Shown here: one piece after another, positions 20,368 through 30,718 of the stretch | Numbering within the stretch: position 1 is the stretch's first letter | Layout: every line of letters begins with the position of its first letter | Origin: a virus | Lineage: Duplodnaviria; Caudoviricetes | Length of the DNA stretch: 58,551 nt | IMG/VR virus record: IMGVR_UViG_3300011335_000817 | Coordinates: 1-58,551 of that record | Direction: 5' to 3' (one strand) | The notes under the pieces: generated by a model | What the model was told of the DNA's origin: nothing | What the model saw: only the letters and a program-made list of their open reading frames with translations | Databases searched by the model: none | Program-made: the position numbers and the translations under genes

Positions 20368-21606
20368 ATGAAAAAATTATTAATACTAGGAGCCAACCCA
20401 GAAACTATACCTCTTATTGAAACTGCAAAATCAATGGGAGTTTATACTATTGTTACAGATCCTGATCCTCAAGCCCCAGCAAAAAAGTTCGCTGATAGAG
20501 GAATTAACATTAATGGAATGGATGTAGAGGGAATGGTTGAATTCTGTAAACAAGAAAAAGTTGATGGTGTACTAGTGGGAGTAGCAGATAGATTAATAGA
20601 ACCATATCAAAAAGTAGCTGAAGCTTTAAATTTGCCTTGTTATGGTAATAGATACCAATGTGAAGTACTTACCAATAAAGGTAAATTTAATAACCTTTGT
20701 AAAGAATATGGAATCTTAAATATTCCTTCAATTCCATATCACAAAAACAGCAACATAGAAAATATAACATACCCTGTATTCATCAAACCTATTGATAGAA
20801 ATTCAGGAAAAGGAATGTCTATAGCTTATAATGAGCAAGAATTAAAAGAAGGAATTGAAAAGGCATTTAATAATACAAGTAGTGATTATATTCTATTAGA
20901 GCAATACATGACATGTAGAGATGTTTTAGTAAGCTATACAATTATTGATGGCGAACCTATACTATCAGCAATGGCTGATAGGTACACTTGTAAGGAACAA
21001 AATAAGACAAGTCAAGTGTGTTTAGGAGCTATTTATCCATCTAATTTATTAGAAGTGTATATGAGTGAAGAATATCCTAAAATGGTTAATATGTTAAAAA
21101 ATATAGGATTAAAAAATGCTATTCTTACAATATCAGCATTTGTTGAAGATGATAATTTCTATTATTATGATCCTGGTTTTAGACTTCAAGGTGAAGCTCC
21201 TAATCTCCATATGGAAAATATAAATGGATTTGACCAAAAAAGATTTCTAATAGACATTGCTTTAGGTAATAAATTAAATAAGAATAATATAACTAAAGCT
21301 GATTTTCAAAATAATCATGCTGCTACAATTTGGTTCTTGTTAAAAAAAGGTACAATAGGTCGAATAGAAGGATTTGATAAAATAGAGAAAGATTCTTCTA
21401 TATTTCATATATCAAGACGTTTATTTGAAGGAGATATAATTAGTGAAGAAATGACAGGAACAGAAAGTCAAGTTATGGCTCGAATTTACATGTGTTGCAA
21501 AACAAAACAAGAATTACAAAATAAAATATCAGAAATATATAACACTATAAAAGTATTTGATAAAGATAATAATAATCAACTTATTAATGGATTCAAATAT
21601 GAATAA
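20368..21606 (+). CDS. ATP-grasp protein
   Basis: LILGA N-domain, YPVFIKP...SGKG, LEQYM, RLQG. Confidence 0.85.
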   Translation: MKKLLILGANPETIPLIETAKSMGVYTIVTDPDPQAPAKKFADRGININGMDVEGMVEFCKQEKVDGVLVGVADRLIEPYQKVAEALNLPCYGNRYQCEVLTNKGKFNNLCKEYGILNIPSIPYHKNSNIENITYPVFIKPIDRNSGKGMSIAYNEQELKEGIEKAFNNTSSDYILLEQYMTCRDVLVSYTIIDGEPILSAMADRYTCKEQNKTSQVCLGAIYPSNLLEVYMSEEYPKMVNMLKNIGLKNAILTISAFVEDDNFYYYDPGFRLQGEAPNLHMENINGFDQKRFLIDIALGNKLNKNNITKADFQNNHAATIWFLLKKGTIGRIEGFDKIEKDSSIFHISRRLFEGDIISEEMTGTESQVMARIYMCCKTKQELQNKISEIYNTIKVFDKDNNNQLINGFKYE

Positions 21607-22354
21607 AGAAACATTTGTTATAGCAGGTGGTACTAAAGGAGTAGCTAAACATGTATTGATTGAACTTATTAAAACAGGACATAATGTTGTTTTTGGTGAT
21701 TTAGGTAGTATTGAGGATGCAAATAAACTTTTAAATGAAATAAAAGAATATAGGGGTGAAGCTCATTTTATTTTAACTGATGTAACAAAAGAAACAGATT
21801 GTGAAAATTTATTTAAATTAGCTTTTGATAAATTTGGACGCATAGACGGATTCTTTAGTTATGCGGGAATCACTCCAGCTGAGTCATTACTAGATTGTAC
21901 TGAAAATATACACAATAGTATATTTGATGTTAATGTAAAAGGTGCTATATTTTGTTCTAAATATGCTGTGAAGTATATGAAAGAGAATGGAGGATCAATA
22001 GTATTTACTGGATCACCTCATTCATGGGCTGGAGAAGAGGACAGAGTTTCATATGCTTGTTCAAAAGGAGCTGTAGTTACATTAGCTAATCATATTGCTA
22101 AAAATTATGGAAAATGGAATATACGTTCTAATTATATTACTTTAGGGTGGACTCCTACAGAAGGAGAATTATCTTTAAGAGAAAGTCAAGGAATGTCTGA
22201 AAACGATTTAAGACAATATGCTTCTGGGTTTATTCCTATGGGAAGAATGAATGAATATGATGATATTGTACCCGCTATAATATATCTATTATCTAACAAA
22301 TCTAAAATGGTATCTGGATCTAACATCAGAATTACTGGTGGTTGGTTTATGTAA
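21599..22354 (+). CDS. Short-chain dehydrogenase/reductase
   Basis: GGTKGVA, YACSK, IPMGR, ITGG. Confidence 0.9.
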   Translation: MNKETFVIAGGTKGVAKHVLIELIKTGHNVVFGDLGSIEDANKLLNEIKEYRGEAHFILTDVTKETDCENLFKLAFDKFGRIDGFFSYAGITPAESLLDCTENIHNSIFDVNVKGAIFCSKYAVKYMKENGGSIVFTGSPHSWAGEEDRVSYACSKGAVVTLANHIAKNYGKWNIRSNYITLGWTPTEGELSLRESQGMSENDLRQYASGFIPMGRMNEYDDIVPAIIYLLSNKSKMVSGSNIRITGGWFM

Positions 22355-22365
22355 TTAAAATAGTT

Positions 22366-23574
22366 ATGAGTAATTTATTAGTAAGTATAATTATCCCCAT
22401 TTATAATAGTGAAGCATTTTTAGATAAATGCATTCAAAGTGCTATTAATCAGACCTATAAAAATATTGAAGTTATTCTTGTTGATGATGGATCAACAGAT
22501 TCAAGTGGAAAAGTATGTGATGAATATGCTGCTACAGATAATAGAATTAAAGTAATTCATAAAAAAAATGGGGGATTAGTTAGTTCCCGTAAAGCTGGAC
22601 TTGAATTATCAACAGGAGATTATGCATTATACATTGATGGAGATGATTGGATTGAATTAGATATAATTGAAAATTATATAGATCAGGTTTTAAAATTCAA
22701 TGCTGATGTTATTGTATCCTCTCATATAGTAAATTTAGAAGGTAGAACTGATACTTTAAGAAACTCTTTACCACCTGGTGTTTATAATAAAAACCAACTC
22801 AAATCAATAGTTTATCCTAAAATGTTATATACTGGTAATTTTTCCCAGTTTGGGATATTTTCATATTCATGGGGAAAATTATATAAAAGAGATATACTAT
22901 TAAAAAATCAATTAAGAGTTACTGAAGGAATAACTATTGGTGAAGATGCATTATGTTTATACCCTACATTATTAGATGCTAATGTATTAGTTATTCTAGA
23001 TCAACCATATTATCATTATAGACAACGAGCTGATTCTTTAATTAAGACTTTAAGAACAATTGAACTTTCTAAAATGGAAAAAGTTTATAATGATCTTAAA
23101 GAAATATTTAATGATAAAGGTGTTTTAGATATAATGTTACCTCAACTTCAATATTATCTTTTAAGTTTACTAACGATTAATACAGAAGGCCCTAATCCAG
23201 GTGATAAAGTAAATCTATATCCTTTTGATGAAATTAAACCTAATGATAATTTAGTTATATATGGGGGAGGTACATTCGGTCAACATTTATATAAAAAATT
23301 ATTTTCAAAAACACCACATAATATCTTAGCTTGGATAGATGAAAAACATGAACACTACTCCAAATTAAATTTACCAGTAGAGGAGTTTGAAAAATTAAAA
23401 TCATTAGAATATGATGCTGTAATAATAGCATTAATTGATGAAGATAATTCTAATCAAGCACTTTCAAAATTAGTAGAACATGGAGTTGATAGGAATAAAA
23501 TAATTCAAGTTTCTCATTACAATAAAAAAGAAAATATTAAGAATCTTTTATTAGAATATAAAATTAATTTATAA
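22366..23574 (+). CDS. GT2 glycosyltransferase with extra C-terminal Rossmann-like domain
   Basis: SIIIPIYN, VDDGSTD, IDGDD, GED; C-terminal IYGGGTFG. Confidence 0.9.
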   Translation: MSNLLVSIIIPIYNSEAFLDKCIQSAINQTYKNIEVILVDDGSTDSSGKVCDEYAATDNRIKVIHKKNGGLVSSRKAGLELSTGDYALYIDGDDWIELDIIENYIDQVLKFNADVIVSSHIVNLEGRTDTLRNSLPPGVYNKNQLKSIVYPKMLYTGNFSQFGIFSYSWGKLYKRDILLKNQLRVTEGITIGEDALCLYPTLLDANVLVILDQPYYHYRQRADSLIKTLRTIELSKMEKVYNDLKEIFNDKGVLDIMLPQLQYYLLSLLTINTEGPNPGDKVNLYPFDEIKPNDNLVIYGGGTFGQHLYKKLFSKTPHNILAWIDEKHEHYSKLNLPVEEFEKLKSLEYDAVIIALIDEDNSNQALSKLVEHGVDRNKIIQVSHYNKKENIKNLLLEYKINL

Positions 23575-23575
23575 T

Positions 23576-24394
23576 ATGGAACTAGTTTTCTACGCAGGAT
23601 CAAGTTTATTAGAAGGACCTATTTGGGACAGTAAAAATAAGTTAGTATATTGTGTATCAATAGAGCAAGGCATTATCTATCAAGTCAACCCTAACTCAGG
23701 AGAAGTACAATCTTTTCCTACTCAAGGAAGTGTTGGTTGTGTAGCATTAATGGAAAATGGAAATTTAATTTCAGCAGAAAAGGAAGGTATTTTCGAAATT
23801 AATCCTAAAACTAAAGAAAGAATATATATTACCCAATTTGAATCAGATGTAAATTTACGTTACAATGATGGTAAGTTTGATCCAATTGGAAGATTTATTG
23901 TAGGAACTAAAAGTGAAAAAGATTTCTTTGTTGAGAAAGAAATTGTTAAAGGTAAATTATTTTCATATTATAAAGGAGAACATAAAGTATTATTAGATAA
24001 TCTATTAATATCAAATGGAATTGGGTTTTCTCATAATAACGAGAAAATGTATTTTATAGATTCACCTACAAAGAAAGTAGATCAATACAAATATAATTTA
24101 AGTATTGGTGATATAGAATTTGAAAAACATATTGTTGAGATTGAAGGTGAGAGTGTCCCAGATGGAATGTGTGTTGATTTAGATGGAAATATATGGGTAG
24201 CAGAATGGGAAGGAGGAAGAGTTCGTAAATGGGACGTAAATACAGGAAATATATTAGATGAAATAATGTTACCATGTCCAAGAGTAACTTCGTGTTGCTT
24301 AGGTGGAGATGATTATAAAGATTTGTATATTACAACTGCTAAAGATGATAAAAATACTCTTGGAGGAGCGTTATTTAGACAAAAAATAAAATAA
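23576..24394 (+). CDS. SMP-30/gluconolactonase family protein
   Basis: EGPIWD, RYNDGKFDP, SNGIGFS, PDGMCVD, LYITTA. Confidence 0.92.
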   Translation: MELVFYAGSSLLEGPIWDSKNKLVYCVSIEQGIIYQVNPNSGEVQSFPTQGSVGCVALMENGNLISAEKEGIFEINPKTKERIYITQFESDVNLRYNDGKFDPIGRFIVGTKSEKDFFVEKEIVKGKLFSYYKGEHKVLLDNLLISNGIGFSHNNEKMYFIDSPTKKVDQYKYNLSIGDIEFEKHIVEIEGESVPDGMCVDLDGNIWVAEWEGGRVRKWDVNTGNILDEIMLPCPRVTSCCLGGDDYKDLYITTAKDDKNTLGGALFRQKIK

Positions 24395-24395
24395 T

Positions 24396-24977
24396 ATGAT
24401 TACACCATCAAAATTTGATAATGATACCTTTCTTATAGCTAGAGATCATCTTAATTCATTTATTAATAGGGTAGCTGAAGGAAATAATACTGATGATAAA
24501 AAATTACTAGAGATAGGTCCACAAGAACGATCAGAAGTTAAAAAAGCATTTAATAAATGTCAAATTGAAACCTTAGATATAGTCCCGGACTACAACCCAG
24601 ATATTATAGGAGATATTACAAAATATAATTCCCATATACAAGATTCAACATATGACATTGTAACTTGTCTAGAAATACTTGAACATACAATTAATCCATT
24701 TGCAGCGATTGAAGAACTTAAACGCATTACAGTAGATGGAGGATTAGTGTTATTTTCAGCTCCATTGAATTGGAGAATCCATGGTCCCGTTCCTGATTGT
24801 TGGAGATTTACTGAATTTGGGTGGAAAGTATTACTAAAAGATTTTGATATAATTGAAATAGATAAATTAGAAACTCCTGATAGAAATTTATTTCCAATTA
24901 AATATAACATATTAGCTAAATGTAATAAATTAAAAAACATAGATGTTTATTCTATGAAATTTGAACCTTTAAAATAA
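24396..24977 (+). CDS. SAM-dependent methyltransferase
   Basis: LEIGP, CLEILEH, DCWRFT. Confidence 0.85.
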   Translation: MITPSKFDNDTFLIARDHLNSFINRVAEGNNTDDKKLLEIGPQERSEVKKAFNKCQIETLDIVPDYNPDIIGDITKYNSHIQDSTYDIVTCLEILEHTINPFAAIEELKRITVDGGLVLFSAPLNWRIHGPVPDCWRFTEFGWKVLLKDFDIIEIDKLETPDRNLFPIKYNILAKCNKLKNIDVYSMKFEPLK

Positions 24978-24984
24978 GTAATTT

Positions 24985-25683
24985 ATGAAAATGCATATAT
25001 TTTATTGCCATTATAATGTAACTGGTACTGACCATAGAGGTAGACCCCAGTGGTTTGACTATGAAAAATGTTTTATTAATCTTTTAAATACAATTAAAAA
25101 CAAAGAAAACATAGAACTTCATGTAATAATGGATGGTACTATTGACAATAATTGGATAAGTAAATATAAAGATAAATATATTGCTCATGAGATTATAACA
25201 ACTCATGATATGGATTCTGTAACAAAAGGAGTATATCCTATCATAAAAGAGACTAAATGTAAAGATACAGATCTTGTTTATCTTTTAGAAAATGATTATT
25301 TACATGTAGATAATTGGGTAGATAAAATTTTTGATATTTTTCAAACATTTGAAGGATTAAATTATATATCTTTATATGATCATGGAGATAAATATTGGCA
25401 TCCTAATTATGATGATCTAGTATCTAAAATATTTTGTTCTAATACTCATCATTGGAGAACAATGATGTCTACTTGCGGTAGTTATGTTACAACTAAAAAA
25501 ATATTTGATGAAGATTTTGATGATCATACTGGGGTTACAATTCCAATAGGAGATCACCATAAATGGTTATTCTTAAATGAAACTAAAGGCAGATTCCTTC
25601 TAACAGCAGTACCAGGTTTATCTACCCATTGCATGGATGCCTTTTTATCACCTACTATTGATTGGAAAAAAATAAATAATTAA
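24985..25683 (+). CDS. Putative glycosyltransferase
   Basis: YLLENDYLH, SLYDH, PGLSTH; island context. Confidence 0.6.
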   Translation: MKMHIFYCHYNVTGTDHRGRPQWFDYEKCFINLLNTIKNKENIELHVIMDGTIDNNWISKYKDKYIAHEIITTHDMDSVTKGVYPIIKETKCKDTDLVYLLENDYLHVDNWVDKIFDIFQTFEGLNYISLYDHGDKYWHPNYDDLVSKIFCSNTHHWRTMMSTCGSYVTTKKIFDEDFDDHTGVTIPIGDHHKWLFLNETKGRFLLTAVPGLSTHCMDAFLSPTIDWKKINN

Positions 25684-25686
25684 AAC

Positions 25687-26478
25687 ATGAGTATAAGCTT
25701 ACTAATCCCCACTTACCGAAATCCAGAATATCTAGATATTTGCTTAAAATCAGCAATTGAAAATCAAGTAAATAAAAATGAAATTATTGTTGCTATTGAT
25801 GGATACATTGAAGAAAGTCAACATGTATTAGACAAATATAAAGACGATATTGTAGTTTTAGATTTAGGAGAAAATCAAGGTTTTCAAACTGCTCATAACC
25901 TAGCAGTTATGAATGCTACTAATGAGATAGTTTGCATTATAAATGATGATAATGTGTTATGTAAAGATTGGGATAAGTTTATAGAACAAGATTTTGATTT
26001 AAATACAGTTATGACTGTAGAGCAAATTGAACCTGTAGGTCCTAGTATATTTAATTTTCATATTAAAGATTTTGGTAAGAAACCAAATGACTTTAAATAT
26101 GATGAGTTTTTAAAATATGAATTAACTATTAGAGAAAATAAGTTAACTGAAGATGGTGGTGTATTTCCGTTTGTTATATCAAAGAAAAATTACATGATAG
26201 TAAACGGATTTGACACCTTATATCCTTCACCTTATGTATGTGATTGGGATTTCTTTTTAAAATTAGATCTTAATAATGTTAAATTCTGTAAAACACACAA
26301 TATTCATTTCTATCATTTTGGAAGCTCAGTACTAAAAGGAAAGGAAGGAGATAGATTTGCCGCTTCTCATAACCCAGCAGCAGAAACATTTTACTATAAA
26401 TGGGGAATGGGACCACAATTATTCAAAAATAATAGTCATAAACCATCAAACCATACTCTTAAAGGAATTAAATTTTAA
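25687..26478 (+). CDS. GT2 glycosyltransferase
   Basis: IPTYRN, INDDNV, NGFD, DWDF. Confidence 0.88.
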   Translation: MSISLLIPTYRNPEYLDICLKSAIENQVNKNEIIVAIDGYIEESQHVLDKYKDDIVVLDLGENQGFQTAHNLAVMNATNEIVCIINDDNVLCKDWDKFIEQDFDLNTVMTVEQIEPVGPSIFNFHIKDFGKKPNDFKYDEFLKYELTIRENKLTEDGGVFPFVISKKNYMIVNGFDTLYPSPYVCDWDFFLKLDLNNVKFCKTHNIHFYHFGSSVLKGKEGDRFAASHNPAAETFYYKWGMGPQLFKNNSHKPSNHTLKGIKF

Positions 26479-26480
26479 AT

Positions 26481-27107
26481 ATGAGTAAGTATAAAGCTAT
26501 AATACCGTGTGCCGGATTTGGTACTAGAATGAGAATGCAACCTCATGAAGCCAAGGAATTAATACCAGATGAAAATGGTAATCCTACCATTGAATGGTCG
26601 TTAAATATATGCAATCAATATAATATTGAACCAATAATAGTTACTAGACCCGAAAAAGAAGAATTTAACACATATCTAAAAAATAAAGGTATTACTTATG
26701 TAGTTGATGAAGGAAAATCAGTTGGTGTTTCATTATTACAATCTAAACCACATTGGGGTGAGTATAATATAATTCTCCTACCAGATACTAGATTTGAATA
26801 TGATGATAAGTTTTTTGTTAATATATTTAAGTCTATGAAAGCGGGTAATGATTCAATGTTTGCATTATTTAATGTAATAGATCATCATAATTGGGGTATT
26901 ATATGTAATAATACCTTTTATGAAAAACCTAAAAGATCATTTACAGAAGAAGATAATGCGTTTGCTTGGGGTGTAATAGGTTTTAGAAAAGAGTATGGTG
27001 AGATATTATTAAATAGTTATAATTTAACTTCTAATCCACTTGTTCTGTCTAATCCTGGGTATATATTTATTGAGAATTTTAGAGATATTAGCAGAAAATA
27101 TATTTAG
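26481..27107 (+). CDS. Sugar-phosphate nucleotidyltransferase
   Basis: IIPCAGFGTRM...KELIP, LLPDT, EKP. Confidence 0.85.
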   Translation: MSKYKAIIPCAGFGTRMRMQPHEAKELIPDENGNPTIEWSLNICNQYNIEPIIVTRPEKEEFNTYLKNKGITYVVDEGKSVGVSLLQSKPHWGEYNIILLPDTRFEYDDKFFVNIFKSMKAGNDSMFALFNVIDHHNWGIICNNTFYEKPKRSFTEEDNAFAWGVIGFRKEYGEILLNSYNLTSNPLVLSNPGYIFIENFRDISRKYI

Positions 27108-27138
27108 TATCTATATTTATTGGAGAAAACCCACTACT

Positions 27139-27678
27139 ATGGCTTCTCCAAAAAAATCAAACAAACCTAGCGGCCGCATATTATCAATAGGCGACATCGA
27201 AATAGATAATGTTAATGAAATAATAGAAGTTATATACGAAATCAACGAAGAGGACGCTAAAAAAACGCAAAAAGAACCAATAAAGCTAATAGTTAATTCA
27301 CCTGGTGGAGACGTATATCATGGATTTGCCTTAGTTGATGTCATTTCAAACTCGCAGACTCCAATCCACACAATATGTCACGGCCATGCAATGTCAGCAG
27401 CACTAGTAGTGTACGTAGCTGGACATAAGCGATTTGCAAGCCAACGTGCTACATTCATGTATCATGAAATATCATGGGCAATGCAACAGGAAAAATTACA
27501 ATTGCACCACCAAGAAGTAAAAGAGGGAGAACGAATGTGGAAGATATATGATGATTACTTACTTTCCCGTACGAAATTCACAGCAAAACAATTGAATGAA
27601 ATTAAAGATAAACGTGGTGAATGGTATATGGATGTAAAAACAGCATATAAACATGGGCTGGTAGATGAAATTTTATAA
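27139..27678 (+). CDS. clpP: ClpP-like protease proteolytic subunit
   Basis: VNSPGGDV, GHAMSAA (Ser), FMYHE (His), GLVDEI. Confidence 0.85.
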   Translation: MASPKKSNKPSGRILSIGDIEIDNVNEIIEVIYEINEEDAKKTQKEPIKLIVNSPGGDVYHGFALVDVISNSQTPIHTICHGHAMSAALVVYVAGHKRFASQRATFMYHEISWAMQQEKLQLHHQEVKEGERMWKIYDDYLLSRTKFTAKQLNEIKDKRGEWYMDVKTAYKHGLVDEIL

Positions 27679-27700
27679 TATTTATACGTAAACAATAATA

Positions 27701-28069
27701 ATGGCTAAATTAAAAGTATCAGTTAATAAAAACCCAACTAAAGAAGGTATTAAAGTACAATTCGTATTACCTGAAACACTTGAGGGCGATAAAAAAGCTG
27801 AAGCAACTCAGAAATTACAATCTAAGTTAAATCAAGGATTAGAACAATATAATTTAACTGTATCTCAGGATACAGATGTACCATACGCTAATGTAATTGG
27901 ATTTTTAATTCCAATTGCTGATATTAAATTATTGATTAAGAATGCTATTGGTGGTGGTGAAGGACAAAGCGAACCAGCTCCTGAAGCAGCACCTGCACCT
28001 GAAGCAGCACCTGAAGAACCAATGAAGGAAATTAGAAGAATGCAGACATTAGCTGGAGTAAAAAATTAA
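27701..28069 (+). CDS. Hypothetical protein with PEAAP repeats and RMQTLAG tail
   Basis: ORF track; low-complexity linker. Confidence 0.7.
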   Translation: MAKLKVSVNKNPTKEGIKVQFVLPETLEGDKKAEATQKLQSKLNQGLEQYNLTVSQDTDVPYANVIGFLIPIADIKLLIKNAIGGGEGQSEPAPEAAPAPEAAPEEPMKEIRRMQTLAGVKN

Positions 28070-28078
28070 TATACACCA

Positions 28079-28402
28079 ATGGTTATGATTAAAACTAGAA
28101 AAATGAGAAGAAAAGTTCCTGTATTTAGGGTAAAAGCTGAGCCAGGGGCCGATTATTCTGTGTTAACCACTATACCGGAAATACAAAAAGCGGTTTTAGA
28201 TGAAGCAATATATGCCATCAAAGATGGTATTAAAACAAACAAATCCTCAATCTCTCTCTTTGAGATAGCCAATTCAAGTTATTATATTGAATTAAGTAAA
28301 GAAAAATGGAAACCTATACTAGAACATCTAATCGGACTCTACGCTGAAAAGGAAGAATACGATAAATGTATAGAAGTTAGGGATTTAATTAGCAAACTAT
28401 AA
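28079..28402 (+). CDS. UVR (UvrB/UvrC) motif protein
   Basis: C-terminal EKEEYDKCIEVRDLI. Confidence 0.6.
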   Translation: MVMIKTRKMRRKVPVFRVKAEPGADYSVLTTIPEIQKAVLDEAIYAIKDGIKTNKSSISLFEIANSSYYIELSKEKWKPILEHLIGLYAEKEEYDKCIEVRDLISKL

Positions 28403-28405
28403 TTT

Positions 28406-28840
28406 ATGGAAAATAATGAACATGTTGATGGAGTTAAAAAGTCCATTGACGATATACTGGGTACTGATACTTTCTTAAAACGCAAGAAAAAATCAGAAGA
28501 CGATACTCAACGCGAACGCTTTGAGAAAATTATCCAAACATTAGAAGAGATTGAAGTAAGATCAATGATATTAGGGAATGATTTAAGTTTAGATTTTACA
28601 TCATATGATGAAAAATTCTACTTCATAATCGATTCGTTATTTAACATGCACTTTGGAAAAGACAAAGCTGAGCTTATATTTTTCTATTTGTATGAGAGAA
28701 TCAATCCAGATGGAACAGCAAATGGATTACAAAACGAAGAAGGGGAAATAGTGGAATTAACGTCTCCTACAGATCTTTGGTATTTATTGAAAGCTATGCA
28801 AGATAAAGAAAAAAGTGGGAAGGCAAAGAAAAAATCGTAA
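28406..28840 (+). CDS. Hypothetical protein
   Basis: 144-aa ORF in operon. Confidence 0.65.
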   Translation: MENNEHVDGVKKSIDDILGTDTFLKRKKKSEDDTQRERFEKIIQTLEEIEVRSMILGNDLSLDFTSYDEKFYFIIDSLFNMHFGKDKAELIFFYLYERINPDGTANGLQNEEGEIVELTSPTDLWYLLKAMQDKEKSGKAKKKS

Positions 28841-28868
28841 TTTAACAGTAAATAAAAATAAAACAAAC

Positions 28869-29039
28869 ATGAAAAAAACAATTGCAATCGTTGCATTAGT
28901 AGCAACCCTAGCATCTTGTGGTGGAAGTACAAGTACTGAAACAACAACAACTGATTCAACTGTAGTAACAGTAGACAGCACTAAAACAGTAGATTCTACT
29001 AAAGTAACAGTAGACACTGTAAAATCAGTAAAGAAGTAA
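28869..29039 (+). CDS. Small lipoprotein, T/D/S/V-rich
   Basis: MKKTIAIVALVATLASC lipobox. Confidence 0.75.
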   Translation: MKKTIAIVALVATLASCGGSTSTETTTTDSTVVTVDSTKTVDSTKVTVDTVKSVKK

Positions 29040-29083
29040 TTAATGGGGCTGCGGCCCCAACTAATTACCCCTAAATTTAAGTT

Positions 29084-29686
29084 ATGCCAGCAGCTAAACA
29101 TCTTACCAAAACACAGATTGAAACAGCAATGCGTTATACGAAATCAGTTCGTGCCGCTGCTAGATATTTAGGTTGCTCCTATCAACATCTGAAACCATAT
29201 ATGAAAGCGCTTCGAATAGATGATAGTGATCCAAATTCACCAACATTATTTGAAGCACATAAAAATCAAAGTGGTAAGGCTATCCCTAAATTCCTACCCA
29301 ATAGACGAAGAGAACCTCATGTAACACGAATATTCACAGAGGGTACTGGGTATGAATCGTTTACAACAGAAAAAATACGAATTAGAGGTATTGCTGAGGG
29401 ATTCCTAAGAGATGAATGTTATATGTGTGGATTTAGTGAACGCAGAGTAACTGATTATAAGGTTCCATTATTAATGAATTTTAAAGATGGCAGTAAATGT
29501 AATTATTTATTAGATAATCTTGAATTATTATGTTATAATTGTTACTTCCTATATATTGGTGAAGTATTATCACCAGACCAAATCAGAGATGTTGAATCAA
29601 ATCAAACCACCAAAGCTAAATCGTTTGAATGGGATTTGGATGACGATCAATTAGATAATATGAGAGCCTTAGGTCTAATTGATTAG
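29084..29686 (+). CDS. HTH plus degenerate HNH/zinc domain protein
   Basis: SVRAAARYLGCS HTH; CYMCG ... NLELLCYNC. Confidence 0.65.
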   Translation: MPAAKHLTKTQIETAMRYTKSVRAAARYLGCSYQHLKPYMKALRIDDSDPNSPTLFEAHKNQSGKAIPKFLPNRRREPHVTRIFTEGTGYESFTTEKIRIRGIAEGFLRDECYMCGFSERRVTDYKVPLLMNFKDGSKCNYLLDNLELLCYNCYFLYIGEVLSPDQIRDVESNQTTKAKSFEWDLDDDQLDNMRALGLID

Positions 29687-29720
29687 GCAAAATAAAAGTT
29701 TTAAATTTAAAATAAAAAAT

Positions 29721-29990
29721 ATGAGTTACGAATTAGCACAAAAGTATGCGGATTTTAAAATCCCAAATGAATTTAAAAGAGGTTATGGCTCGCTCAACTT
29801 CATCAAAGCAATGATGTTTGCTAGTAGCGTTGATTTAAATAATGATCATATTGATTATTATATGGCATGTCCACCACATAGAATGGAAGACGAATCATAT
29901 GATGATATGAAATTAAGAACAAAATTTGCTAACGCATTATTAAAATATAGAGCATATCTATACGATTATTCAGTTTATAAAAACAATTAA
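29721..29990 (+). CDS. Hypothetical protein
   Basis: ATG at 29721 after motif copy at 29686. Confidence 0.6.
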   Translation: MSYELAQKYADFKIPNEFKRGYGSLNFIKAMMFASSVDLNNDHIDYYMACPPHRMEDESYDDMKLRTKFANALLKYRAYLYDYSVYKNN

Positions 29991-29992
29991 TA

Positions 29993-30337
29993 ATGGATAA
30001 AGAATTCATACCATATGAACAAGCATTAGCTCTTAAAGAACTTGGGTTTGATGAACCTTGTTTTGGTTATAGAGATGGTGTTGGACATTTAATGATAAAA
30101 TCAATGCCACATTGTGCTATATCAGCACCAACATTTTCACAAGCATTTAGATGGTTTAGAAAGAAGTATAAACTAAGTGGTTTAATTGAAATAGGAATAC
30201 ACGAATATTCATTCATAATTTTTAATGAAGCAAAAGATAAAAGACTAATAACAGATGTTTCAACTATGAATGGAACCTACGAAGAAGCAGAACTTGATTG
30301 TCTAAAAAAACTTATTGAAATAATAAAAAATAAATAA
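29993..30337 (+). CDS. Conserved phage hypothetical protein
   Basis: ALALKELGFDEPC...APTFSQAFRWFR...TYEEAE. Confidence 0.65.
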   Translation: MDKEFIPYEQALALKELGFDEPCFGYRDGVGHLMIKSMPHCAISAPTFSQAFRWFRKKYKLSGLIEIGIHEYSFIIFNEAKDKRLITDVSTMNGTYEEAELDCLKKLIEIIKNK

Positions 30338-30339
30338 CA

Positions 30340-30552
30340 ATGGCACAATTTTTCCAAGTAAAAGTACAGTTTACTGTAGAAGACAGTAAAGGTAAAGTAA
30401 AAAAACAAAACGTATTATATCTAGTAGACGCAATGTCAGTGACTGAAGCTGAAGCTAGAATGGTACAACACCTAACAGAACAAGGTGAAACTGAGTTTGA
30501 GGTTAAAGCCGCTTCCGAATCACCAATTGCCTCTGTAGTTGTAGGTAAGTAA
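30340..30552 (+). CDS. DUF4494-like protein
   Basis: GKVKK...YLVDAMSVTEAEAR...FEVKA. Confidence 0.65.
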   Translation: MAQFFQVKVQFTVEDSKGKVKKQNVLYLVDAMSVTEAEARMVQHLTEQGETEFEVKAASESPIASVVVGK

Positions 30553-30556
30553 TTAT

Positions 30557-30627
30557 TGTGACATGGTGTAACGGTAACACTACAGATTTTGATTCTGTCA
30601 TTTCTGGTTCGAATCCAGGTGTCACAT
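30557..30627 (+). tRNA. tRNA-Gln(TTG)
   Basis: Acceptor tgtgaca/tgtcaca, anticodon arm acaga-ttTTGat-tctgt, T-loop ggttcgaatcc; CCA not encoded. Confidence 0.93.
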
Positions 30628-30718
30628 CAAACTTGGAGCACGAGGAGATATTATAAGAGGAGTGCTTAACGCATAAGCGGCTAACCCGTTATAACGTTTC
30701 CAGTGAAGTATCTCAAAT

